Shown here: positions 29,025 through 38,024 of the stretch, in pieces | How the letters are laid out: every line of letters starts with the position of its first letter | Numbering within the stretch: position 1 is the first letter of the stretch | Assembly: GCA_004299085.1 (NCBI GenBank) | Contig: SCQV01000205.1 | Coordinates: 1-62,909, forward strand | Direction of reading: 5' to 3' | Source: Chitinophagaceae bacterium | GTDB taxonomy: Bacteria > Bacteroidota > Bacteroidia > Chitinophagales > Chitinophagaceae | DNA: 62,909 nucleotides | Program-made: the position numbers and the translations under genes | The notes under the pieces: model-generated | The model's database searches: none | What the model was told of the DNA's origin: nothing | The model's input: the letters and a program-made list of their open reading frames with translations, nothing else

Positions 29025-30275
29025 TTGTCGCAATCAAACCTTATGGATTTACTAAACATCATTACTATACTCATCATTATAAGTGCTGTATTCTCTTACC
29101 TGAATGTGCGCTTTATTAAGCTACCAGGAACCATTGGAGTGGTTACTATTGCGGTTGTGGTTTCCATCCTTATTCTGATAGCGGGGAAAACAAGTGTGGG
29201 AATGGCCAACATCTTTAGAAATCTGGCAGAAAATATCAATTTTTCAGATGTATTGCTGAATGTAATGCTGGGATTTCTGCTATTTGCCAGCGCTCTTCAT
29301 TTCGATTATAAAGAATTGAAGAAGCAGCGGCTGCCGGTGCTTCTGTTAAGTACGCTGGGTGTGCTTGTCTCCACAGGTGTATTTGCAGTATTGCTTTATG
29401 GCATTGCCAGGCTTTTACGAATAGACCTTCCTATGATCTATTGCTTTGTATTTGGCGCACTGATTTCTCCCACGGATCCTATTGCCGTTTCAGCCATTCT
29501 CAAAAATTCTAAAATCCCGCCAAAACTAAATACGATTATTTCCGGTGAATCTTTGTTCAATGATGCCGTTGGCTTAATACTGTTTGTTATTTTTCTCAAT
29601 ATTGCAGAGGGCTCCGGTAAAGAATTATCGGCTATGGTTGTTTTCAAAATGTTTATTCAGGAAGTAGCCGGAGGTATAATCATAGGGGCTGTTTTGGGCT
29701 ACCTTGGATACCGGATGATCCGGTCTATCAAAGATTTTCAAAGTATTCTTTTAATATCTATTGCACTCGTTTTAAGTATTTCAGCAGTTGCCCACCAGCT
29801 TCATGCTTCTATCCCTTTGGCAGCAGTAACTGCCGGACTTATCATAGGAACTAAAACACTTGATAAAAGACATATTGCCAATCAATTTCTAAACAGGATA
29901 TGGCAGTTGCTCGACCAGGTGCTGAATACAATTCTCTTTGTCATGATCGGACTGCAATTGGTTGTTATGCCCTTTCTTAATCATTATTGGCTAATAGGCC
30001 TGTTTTCAATCGTTATTGTTTTACTGGCCAGGTTAGCAAGTGTTTCATTACCGGCTATCCCGGTACTTCGGAAAGTAAATTTCTCCAACTTTTTCATCCT
30101 TACCTGGGCAGGCCTGCGTGGCGGCATTTCAATAGCTATGGCATTGACTCTACCGGCATCACCTTATCGCGAAATCATTCTTTCCTGCTGTTATATCGTG
30201 GTTATATTTTCTATTATCGTGCAGGGGCTTACACTGAATAGCATCGTGGAAAGAGCAGCACGTGTAAAGGATTAA
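29025..30275 (+). CDS. Na+/H+ (cation:proton) antiporter, CPA1-like
   Basis: Polytopic protein with the motifs FGALISPTDPIAV and SGESLFNDA. An alternative ATG lies at 29043. Confidence 0.85.
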   Translation: MSQSNLMDLLNIITILIIISAVFSYLNVRFIKLPGTIGVVTIAVVVSILILIAGKTSVGMANIFRNLAENINFSDVLLNVMLGFLLFASALHFDYKELKKQRLPVLLLSTLGVLVSTGVFAVLLYGIARLLRIDLPMIYCFVFGALISPTDPIAVSAILKNSKIPPKLNTIISGESLFNDAVGLILFVIFLNIAEGSGKELSAMVVFKMFIQEVAGGIIIGAVLGYLGYRMIRSIKDFQSILLISIALVLSISAVAHQLHASIPLAAVTAGLIIGTKTLDKRHIANQFLNRIWQLLDQVLNTILFVMIGLQLVVMPFLNHYWLIGLFSIVIVLLARLASVSLPAIPVLRKVNFSNFFILTWAGLRGGISIAMALTLPASPYREIILSCCYIVVIFSIIVQGLTLNSIVERAARVKD

Positions 30276-30285
30276 GTGATAAAAA

Positions 30286-30681
30286 TTAAACCAATTCCGT
30301 TTCTATCTCTATCGGATTGCTCAGGATTTTGTGCACCGGGCATGCATTGGCCACAGCAAGTAATCTTTTTCTTTGTTCCGCGTCCAGTGAACCTATGAAT
30401 TTAATTTTCCGATTGATAATTGTTTTGTTTGCGGTTTCATCTTTTTCCAGGTCAATATCAACCTTCATCTCCTCCAATGGCCACTGCTTTCGATCTGCAA
30501 ACATGCGCACAGTAGCGCTGGTGCAAGCTGCCAACGCTGATGCCAGTAATTCTTTGGGGGAAAACCCAATATCTTTTCCTCCTTTATCTACAGGTTCATC
30601 GGCAATAACAACATTCCCGGTGGGAGATTTGATTTCAACTTGATAATGTGCTGTTCCAATAACTGATAATACTTTAGCCAT
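30286..30681 (-). CDS. OsmC-family protein
   Basis: SPKELLASALAACTS ... ANACPVHKIL. It is a paralog of 15034-15423. Confidence 0.85.
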   Translation of the reverse strand: MAKVLSVIGTAHYQVEIKSPTGNVVIADEPVDKGGKDIGFSPKELLASALAACTSATVRMFADRKQWPLEEMKVDIDLEKDETANKTIINRKIKFIGSLDAEQRKRLLAVANACPVHKILSNPIEIETELV

Positions 30682-30735
30682 GATAGATTTGAATTAATGA
30701 ATTTTAATTTATACGCTATTGCCTGATTGACGAAT

Positions 30736-32751
30736 TTAATCATTTCGAAGCAATTTTGCATTAATTGCAACAACAATGGTACTTAAACTCATCAGTACTG
30801 CCCCAACTGCCGGACTAAGCACCAAACCCCAATTATAAAGCACTCCTGCTGCTAAAGGAATAGCAAGGATATTGTAGCCTGCCGCCCACCAAAGATTTTG
30901 TACCATTTTGTTGTAGGTGGCTTTGCCAAATAAAATCAGGTTGGCAATATCCTTCGGGTCAGAGTTTACCAAAATAATATCTGCCGTTTCTGCTGCCACA
31001 TCTGTTCCCGAACCAACAGCTATTCCTACATCTGCTTGCGCAAGGGCGGGCGCATCATTTACGCCATCGCCTGTCATGGCAACATATTTACCTTTTTGCT
31101 GAAGTTCTTTTACTTTATCTAATTTTTCATGCGGTAATACATTGGCTAAATAGCCGTCCATTTTCAATTCATCGCTTACCTTCTTTGCCACTTTTTCATT
31201 ATCTCCCGTCAGTAATAAGTTTTTAATTCCTGCTTCTTTAAGCGTTTGAATTGCTTCCAAAGAACTTTCCCTTATCTGGTCGGAAAAGGTAAAATACCCG
31301 GCCACTGATTTGTCCACCAATACATACACTACTGTTCCTGTATATTCATCATTTGTTTCAGATATGTTGATATTTTGTTCTTTCACGTAATTAGGCCCGA
31401 CTACTTTAATTTCTTTCCCTTCGACAGTACCTTCCAGACCTTTGCCCGGTAGGTAATTAAAGTTTTCTGATTTAGGAATTGCAATACGCAATTCTTTGAC
31501 CTTTCGCATTAACCCAGTTGCGATGTAGTGTTCTGAATGTTGTTCGATGCCCGATGCCAGCCGGAGCAACTCTTTTTCATCAAAATTTTTGTTCAGCACT
31601 TTCACTTCCTGTAATTCGTGTGAACCTTTTGTAAGTGTTCCGGTTTTGTCAAAAATAATTGTGGTAATCAATCGTGCATTTTCAAACGCTGTTCTGTTGC
31701 GAATGAGCAAACCTTTTTGAGCAGCAATGGAAGTTGATATAGCTACCACCAAAGGTACAGCTAAACCTAAAGCATGAGGGCAGGAAATGACCATGACTGT
31801 AACCATCCTTTCCAAAGCGAATACAAATGGAAAACCAAGCAGCAGCCAAACAACAAGTGTAATTACGCCGCCACCCAAAGCAACAAACGTTAGAATCTTT
31901 GCTGCACGGTCTGCAAAATTTTGTGTGTTCGACTTTACCTTTTGCGCATCTTCTACCAGTTTTACCACTTTATTCAGATAGCTGTCTTTCCCTGTACTTA
32001 GTACTTTTATAGTAAGTGAGCCATTGCTGTTCACTGCTCCGCCAATTACTTTGCTATCCTTTTCTTTTTTTACTGGCTTGCTTTCGCCTGTGAGCATACT
32101 CTCGTCAACATAACTTTCGCCTTCTGTTACCAAACCATCCACCGGAATTTTTTCACCTGGTTTTATCAATACAAAGTCACCAATTTTTAAATGGCTTACA
32201 GGCATATCGTGAATCATGCCATTAACAAGATGATGTGCAGTGGAAGGCATCATTTTTACCAACAATTCAAGCGAACGGGATGCACCCATGACTGACTTCA
32301 TTTCAAAATAATGCCCGATAAGCATAATGTCTATCAAGGTTGCCATTTCCCAATAAAAGTCCATTCCAGGCAGTCCGAAAGTAATGGCAACACTATATGC
32401 CCATGCTACAGTAATAGCTACACCAATAAGTGTCATCATTCCGATGGCTTTGTCTTTTACTTCATCATACAATCCTTTAAGAAAAGGATAGCCACCATAA
32501 ATAAAAATGAAAGTGGAAAGAACGGATAACACATACCTGTCTCCCGGAAAAGCAAATTCAAATCCTATCCATTGCTGAATCATGGGTGACAGAGCAAGCA
32601 CAGGAATGGAAACTATGGTGCTTATAATAAACCGTTTCCAAAAATCAGCCACATGGTGTCCCGCATGTTTATCATGGCCTTCGTGGCCTGTTGGGGGATT
32701 CATGCTGTCTTGGGAATGATTGTGAGATATATGAGAAGTATGATCTTCCAT
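30736..32751 (-). CDS. copB: Heavy-metal P1B-type ATPase of the CPH class with a His-rich N-terminus (CopB-like copper exporter)
   Basis: The TM6 motif is SCPHALGL, the phosphorylation site is DKTGTLT, and GDGVNDAP is present. The N-terminus HISHNHSQD...GHEGHDKHAGHH has no CxxC domain. Confidence 0.85.
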   Translation of the reverse strand: MEDHTSHISHNHSQDSMNPPTGHEGHDKHAGHHVADFWKRFIISTIVSIPVLALSPMIQQWIGFEFAFPGDRYVLSVLSTFIFIYGGYPFLKGLYDEVKDKAIGMMTLIGVAITVAWAYSVAITFGLPGMDFYWEMATLIDIMLIGHYFEMKSVMGASRSLELLVKMMPSTAHHLVNGMIHDMPVSHLKIGDFVLIKPGEKIPVDGLVTEGESYVDESMLTGESKPVKKEKDSKVIGGAVNSNGSLTIKVLSTGKDSYLNKVVKLVEDAQKVKSNTQNFADRAAKILTFVALGGGVITLVVWLLLGFPFVFALERMVTVMVISCPHALGLAVPLVVAISTSIAAQKGLLIRNRTAFENARLITTIIFDKTGTLTKGSHELQEVKVLNKNFDEKELLRLASGIEQHSEHYIATGLMRKVKELRIAIPKSENFNYLPGKGLEGTVEGKEIKVVGPNYVKEQNINISETNDEYTGTVVYVLVDKSVAGYFTFSDQIRESSLEAIQTLKEAGIKNLLLTGDNEKVAKKVSDELKMDGYLANVLPHEKLDKVKELQQKGKYVAMTGDGVNDAPALAQADVGIAVGSGTDVAAETADIILVNSDPKDIANLILFGKATYNKMVQNLWWAAGYNILAIPLAAGVLYNWGLVLSPAVGAVLMSLSTIVVAINAKLLRND

Positions 32752-32757
32752 CTTTTG

Positions 32758-33138
32758 TTAACTTACAACTTCAGACGTCGCAAATTCCTCCATTTTTGTA
32801 ATCAGGTCATTTTCTACGGTATATATCTGAACCCATTTTTGCTTCAGCTCTTTCCCTGAACGTTTCACTTTTTGGTGTTCTTGCCCCAGAACGACCACTT
32901 TGTTCTCCTCAACAATATATTCCAGCGGTTCAAAACTGATTATTTCTGTGTTGCCCAGAATGTTACTTATAAAGGTACGAGCACCTTCCTTTCCTTCATA
33001 AGTACCTTTAGGAATAATTTGTGTGCCGTGGTAAATCCAAACAGTATCGTTGGAAACGGTTGCTACGAATTTCTCTACATCGCCATTGCCAAAGGCGGTG
33101 AACATTTTTTCTACTACTGACCTTGCTGAATTTTTCAT
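32758..33138 (-). CDS. SnoaL-like / NTF2-fold protein
   Basis: 126 aa with the SnoaL-type N-terminal pattern VVEKMFTAFGNGDVEKF...D.VW. Confidence 0.65.
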   Translation of the reverse strand: MKNSARSVVEKMFTAFGNGDVEKFVATVSNDTVWIYHGTQIIPKGTYEGKEGARTFISNILGNTEIISFEPLEYIVEENKVVVLGQEHQKVKRSGKELKQKWVQIYTVENDLITKMEEFATSEVVS

Positions 33139-33215
33139 TTTAATTTCGTTTTATATTGGTTATTGTTTGTTCTGTCTTTATTATGATTAAATCGTTCAAA
33201 AATGATTCTATCATT

Positions 33216-33974
33216 TTACTGAGCCAGGTACCCGCCATCTATATTATAATAGGCTCCTGTAACAAAAGAGGCTTTATCTGAATTTAACCAAAGAGCCAGT
33301 TCTGCCACTTCTTCGCCAGTTCCTAACCTTCCTATAGGATGCAGCCCTACCAGCGCCTTCAGGACATCATCATCTAATGACTCGGTAAGCAGCGGCGTAA
33401 CAATATAGCCAGGGCCAACAGCATTGATCCTGATATGCTGATCCGCGTATTCCAGCGCTGCCGCTTTGGTAAGGCCTACCACTCCGTGCTTTGCAGCTAC
33501 ATACGCTGGAGAACCTTTTGTCCCGGCTTTGCCCAAGATAGAAGCTATATTTATTATACTTCCTCCACCCGACTTCAGCATAGCTGGGATCTGATAACGC
33601 AACCCGTAAAAAACACCTGACAGGTTGATGGCAATAACTTTATCCCAGCCATCAACCGGATATTCTCCGGTTTGCTTCAACGGGCCGCCAATTCCGGCAT
33701 TATTCACGGCAAGGTGTAAGCCTCCAAAGGTTTTAACTGTTTCATCCACTAACCTTTTACCATCTTCCGGATTGGAGGTATCTGCTTTTACAAAGACAGC
33801 TTCTCCGCCATTTTGTTTAATCTCTGAAACGGCATCGTTACCTGCCTTTTCATCAATATCCGAAACTACCACTCTTGCACCTTCTGCAGCGTACAATAAC
33901 GCAATCGCTCTGCCAATACCGGATCCCGATCCGGTAACGATGGCAACTTTGTTTTCTAACATTTTCATGATCAT
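33216..33974 (-). CDS. SDR-family oxidoreductase, the intact paralog of 14254-15005
   Basis: TGSGSGIG, NNAG and S...YVAAK catalytic residues are all present in one frame. Confidence 0.9.
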   Translation of the reverse strand: MIMKMLENKVAIVTGSGSGIGRAIALLYAAEGARVVVSDIDEKAGNDAVSEIKQNGGEAVFVKADTSNPEDGKRLVDETVKTFGGLHLAVNNAGIGGPLKQTGEYPVDGWDKVIAINLSGVFYGLRYQIPAMLKSGGGSIINIASILGKAGTKGSPAYVAAKHGVVGLTKAAALEYADQHIRINAVGPGYIVTPLLTESLDDDVLKALVGLHPIGRLGTGEEVAELALWLNSDKASFVTGAYYNIDGGYLAQ

Positions 33975-34037
33975 TTATTTTAAATGTTATTAATAAGATC
34001 TACTGTCAACTTATCTATCATTGATATATTACAATGC

Positions 34038-34625
34038 CTATCCCTCTTGTCTTATAAATTCTCCATCAGCCTTTATCTTTACTTCATCGCTGACCATAGC
34101 CTTGGGGAATTTGGGACCTATATTAAAATCGGAACGTTTTAAAGTGCCGGTTAGTTGAAAACCCGAAGTTATATCTTTGGATTGCGGATTTTCAATCGTT
34201 CCCCTGTACCATAAGTCCATCACAACTTCTTTGGTAACCCCATGTAAAGCCAGATTTCCAATGATCTTGTATCTATCTGTTCCCACTTTTTGGATTGAAG
34301 TACTTTTATAAGTCATGATGGGAAACTTTTCTACATGGAAGAAGTCTTCGCTGCGCAAATGGTTGTCCCGCACCTCTATTTCAGTATTGATGGACTTTAC
34401 ATCAACAAACAGCTCAAAAACAGCATCGCTAAAATCCTCCTTGTTCGCAATAATTGTCGCATCAAAGGAATTAAACAACCCGGCTACATCGGAAATGCCC
34501 AAATGGACTGTCGAAAAAGTGAGCTTAGAGTGATTCGGATCGGACTTCCAGCTTGTCTGTGCAAAAACAGAAAGCGTCAAAACAAAGCTAACAAGCGTTA
34601 ATGTGATTCTTTTGATCGTGTTCAT
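34038..34625 (-). CDS. YceI-family periplasmic protein
   Basis: Signal peptide and the YceI pattern (W..DP.HSKLTFS..HLGIS.V.G.F). Confidence 0.85.
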   Translation of the reverse strand: MNTIKRITLTLVSFVLTLSVFAQTSWKSDPNHSKLTFSTVHLGISDVAGLFNSFDATIIANKEDFSDAVFELFVDVKSINTEIEVRDNHLRSEDFFHVEKFPIMTYKSTSIQKVGTDRYKIIGNLALHGVTKEVVMDLWYRGTIENPQSKDITSGFQLTGTLKRSDFNIGPKFPKAMVSDEVKIKADGEFIRQEG

Positions 34626-34692
34626 GATAAATGATTTTAAAAGCTTAAGAAATTGATTATTTATTAAAAAACTAAGGATTTATTCTAAGAAA

Positions 34693-35346
34693 TTAGTACC
34701 CTACCGTAAAACGCTGACGGATGTGTTTCGGATTTTCTGCTTCATCCACAATAGCCACAGCCAGGTCTTCCACCGTAATAAAACTCTTCTTGTTTTCATC
34801 AAATACCGGATTGTCTAATGCAGTTCTGTAAGTACCTTTTCTGCCATGAGGGGCTTCTGCATTCATCTCAATGGCGGGACTCAGGTAAGTCCATTCCAGT
34901 GCTTTCTCCCCTCTGAGAACAATCAGATAATCACGTGCTGCCAGCGCTCCCTGCTTCCAGGCATCCGGAAATTCGGGAGTATCCACCAATTGGAGACCCG
35001 GTGCAATAAACAGACTTCCAGCACCACCAATTACTATCAGCCTTTTCACACCGGCTTGCTTTACAGCTTGCTGTATAAACTCTGCTCCTTTCATGAAATC
35101 ATCATATATATTCGGATTGGCCCAGCCAGGGTTATATGCACTTATAACTACATCATGACCATTCAAAAGTTCTGCAAAATGACCAGCGTCAAAAACATCA
35201 CCTTTCACCTTAGCAAGATTATCATTTTCATCCTTCAGTTTCTCGGGATGGCGAATGATGGCCGTCACCTGATGTCCGCGACCCAATGCTTCTTTCAAAA
35301 CGGCTGTACCCACAAAACCGGTGGCGCCTATTAATGCTATTTTCAT
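34693..35346 (-). CDS. NAD(P)H-binding protein (atypical SDR, YwnB-like)
   Basis: MKIALIGATGFVG Rossmann start. 217 aa. Confidence 0.8.
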   Translation of the reverse strand: MKIALIGATGFVGTAVLKEALGRGHQVTAIIRHPEKLKDENDNLAKVKGDVFDAGHFAELLNGHDVVISAYNPGWANPNIYDDFMKGAEFIQQAVKQAGVKRLIVIGGAGSLFIAPGLQLVDTPEFPDAWKQGALAARDYLIVLRGEKALEWTYLSPAIEMNAEAPHGRKGTYRTALDNPVFDENKKSFITVEDLAVAIVDEAENPKHIRQRFTVGY

Positions 35347-35371
35347 GATTTATAAATTTTAATATGATTAC

Positions 35372-36073
35372 TTATTCGCAATTCCCATCAACCGAGCAAG
35401 AGGCTCCGTCATTAAGAACTACAATTTTATTCTCTTTTTCAAACTCATCCCAGCTTTGTCTTAGTGCTCCCAGAAATGTCTCTGTTGGCTGTGCGCCCGA
35501 GACAGCATATTTATCATTGAATACAAAATACGGTACACTACGGATACCTAACGATTGCGCCTCTGCTTCATCCTGCCTTACTTTATATGCGTAGTCATCA
35601 GAAGAAAGTGCTTCTTCAACCACTTTTTCACTCAAACCGATTACAACTCCTGTTTGAAGAAGCACTTCTTTATCATCTATGCTTTTACCTTCTGTAAAAT
35701 GTGCTTTGAATAATTGTTCTTCGGCTTCATTTCCTAAGCCTTTCGCTTTGGCCAACTGTATCAGCCGGTGCGCATTAAACGAATTGGCTACTACTGCTTT
35801 ATTGAAATTGAGTTCCAACCCCACTTCTTTAGCTGCTCGAACCGCATATTGCGTCATTTGTTCTGCCTGGGCTCTGCTAATCCCTTTATTTTGGGCAAGA
35901 TGATCCAAAGTATTTACATCAGGATTAGTTTTCAAATTCGGATCCAGTTCAAAGCTGTGTCAGACCACTTCTACCTGTATTTTATTCGGAAATTGTTCCA
36001 GTGCATTTTCAAATTTGTGTTTGCCAATGTAGCAAAATAGGCATCTTACATCCGACCAGATATCTACTTTCAT
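35372..36073 (-). pseudogene. DsbA/FrnE-like thiol oxidoreductase with a premature TGA and an altered CxxC
   Basis: From ATG 36073 the frame reads MKVDIWSDVRCLFCYIGKHKFENALEQFPNKIQVEVV-TGA(35960-35962)-HSFELDPNLKTNPD.... The stop falls where this family has a conserved Trp (V.W..FeLdP). The active site is CLFC, not the usual CP[FWY]C (CTA vs CCA). Confidence 0.75.
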
Positions 36074-36145
36074 CATTTTCATTATTTATGATTTTATGGT
36101 TATATTGTTAAATGGTTATAGGGTTCTAAATAAAAGCAGATTACA

Positions 36146-36610
36146 TCAGGCAAGGTTGACCTGAATTTTTTTATTAGATAGCGCAGCATCCACACTTAAT
36201 CTTCCACCACCGGCTATCAGGGATATGATAATCAAACCAAATAACAGGATAAAGTATTCTATGCCTTCTCCCTTGCCGCCCTGCATGCCCCAGTTCATAA
36301 AGAACCCATTAGTCAGGATAGCGGAAAATAGAACACCAACAAAGTTTACTCCGATGGCGAAGGCAGCTACCCGTGTTAATAATCCTACAACTAATAACAG
36401 AGACCCAAAGAATTCAATAATGATGACTAAAAAACCAATGATCCATGGTAGTCAGGCTCCCTGCGTCATAAAACTCATGGTTCCTTCAAATCCGCCGCCA
36501 CCAAACCAGCCTGCTAATTTCTGTGCGCCGTGTGGAAAGATGGTAATAGCAATGGCTAAGCGGGCAAATAATGCAGCCCAGTTGTTCGGATTTGTTTTGA
36601 TAATATTCAT
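36146..36610 (-). pseudogene. DoxX-family membrane protein with an in-frame TGA
   Basis: The minus-strand frame from ATG 36610 reads MNIIKTNPNNWAALFARLAIAITIFPHGAQKLAGWFGGGGFEGTMSFMTQGA-TGA(36452-36454)-LPWIIGFLVIIIEFFGSLLLVVGLLTR...GGGRLSVD, a typical DoxX over 154 codons. The ORF track shows only an antisense ORF here. Confidence 0.7.
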
Positions 36611-36657
36611 AGTTTTTACTTGGTTGTTTAAAATTTAGAATAATAATAAAGATTTAT

Positions 36658-37164
36658 TTATGCTATTGCCTTTAACAAGCTGGTTGTATAGCCTGCCTGG
36701 TTAAAAATATTTTCAATGATAACGGTAGCTTCATCTGCACCTGTGATATGCATTTCCTCAGAAACGGGATCAAAAATAACCTCTACCCATTCCGTATTCG
36801 GTAGTAATTGCCGGAAGCTTTTTATCTCTTCCATTAAAATTGATGATTGATTTTCTTTATTCAAAAAATAAACTAGTATCTTTTGATTAGCCACTTCTTT
36901 GATCTTTTCTGAAAATCCGGGATCAAAATTCAAATTATCAAATACAATGATATCTGCTTCCCAGCAACCTTCATGTGCACAGCTAATGGTTTCTATATCG
37001 GCATCCGGTATATGATTTAAGATTTGCCGGGACAAGTCCTCAAAATGATTGCCTTCTTTGGTAACCAGCACTAACGGGTAACTTTCAGCAGCCAGCTTTT
37101 GGATCAGATTGCTGCATGTTTTATCTGCTTCACCTATAAATGCTATCGTTTCTTTTACTTTCAT
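36658..37164 (-). CDS. Hypothetical protein with a Rossmann-like (F420/NADP-oxidoreductase-like) topology but a degenerate glycine motif
   Basis: IAFIGEADKTCSNL stands where GxGxxG is expected. ADIIVF resembles the beta-4 edge. The similarity is weak and from memory only. Confidence 0.35.
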   Translation of the reverse strand: MKVKETIAFIGEADKTCSNLIQKLAAESYPLVLVTKEGNHFEDLSRQILNHIPDADIETISCAHEGCWEADIIVFDNLNFDPGFSEKIKEVANQKILVYFLNKENQSSILMEEIKSFRQLLPNTEWVEVIFDPVSEEMHITGADEATVIIENIFNQAGYTTSLLKAIA

Positions 37165-37253
37165 CCCTTTGTAATTTTGTAATGCAAAGATACAACGGGG
37201 TGAAAGCGCTTACCAATGACTTAAGCTAATAAATAGCATTGATCTATGTCACA

Positions 37254-37835
37254 TTATTTGCGGGCCGCTATTTGTCCGCGAACGCGGCTCAATGTTTCAC
37301 GCGTTACACCGAGATAAGAAGCGATCATGTGTTGGGGAACCCGTTGAAGAATATGGGGAAAGTTTTGAATCAATTTATAGTATTTTTCCTCTGCCGTATC
37401 ACTAAATGAGGCAATCAGCCTTCTTTGAGTAACAATCAGGTTTTTCTCAATAAGGATGCGAAAATAGCGTTCGAAAACAGGGATTTTTTCTAACAACAAA
37501 TCCCACGCAGGTTTGGTCATGAGCAGCAATTCACAATCTTCCAAAGCCTCTATGTTATATTTGGACGGCTCGCCCGTCAGGAAACTGGATAAGTCGGCTG
37601 CCCACCAGCCTTCTAATGAAAATTGCAGAATATGTTCAGTGCCTTTCTCATCAATGATGAAAGAGCGCAAGAGTCCTTTTTCTACAAAGGCGGTGTATTT
37701 ACAAACATCATCTTCCCCAAGCAGGAATCTTTTCTTTCGCAATTTTTTTGGCTGAAAAAGTGTTTTACAAAAATTGAATTCTTCTTCGCTTATGGAAATG
37801 TTTTCTCTGATTTTTTCATATAATAATTCATACAT
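37254..37835 (-). CDS. Crp/Fnr-family transcriptional regulator
   Basis: cNMP-binding-like beta-roll plus a C-terminal HTH (HMIASYLGVTRETLSRVR). Confidence 0.85.
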   Translation of the reverse strand: MYELLYEKIRENISISEEEFNFCKTLFQPKKLRKKRFLLGEDDVCKYTAFVEKGLLRSFIIDEKGTEHILQFSLEGWWAADLSSFLTGEPSKYNIEALEDCELLLMTKPAWDLLLEKIPVFERYFRILIEKNLIVTQRRLIASFSDTAEEKYYKLIQNFPHILQRVPQHMIASYLGVTRETLSRVRGQIAARK

Positions 37836-38024
37836 GCTTAAAATAGTTTTGTGACGCTGCGATTATTACAAAAATAGCAAATCTTATGGCATGATAGATA
37901 TATCCATATACAACCATACTGCTGCTAAAATGAGCCGTCCCATCAAATTGATATCAAAAAACTTGTAAGCACGATTATCATAGCATAACTTAGCATGTAA
38001 TCATTAATTTTAAAATCAACATTT

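Noticed and set aside
35960-36454. Idea that the two in-frame TGA codons reflect TGA-to-Trp/Gly recoding or selenocysteine
   Set aside because: TGA terminates several well-supported genes in the window (for example at 8755-8757, 12154-12156 and 14164-14166). The positions are not active-site Cys positions, and no SECIS-like hairpin was noticed. Pseudogenisation is the simpler reading.
36225-36638. 137-aa plus-strand ORF from the ORF track
   Set aside because: It is Pro/Asn/Lys-rich with no family resemblance. It lies antisense to a clear DoxX-family reading frame (36146-36610, minus strand), which explains the open frame.
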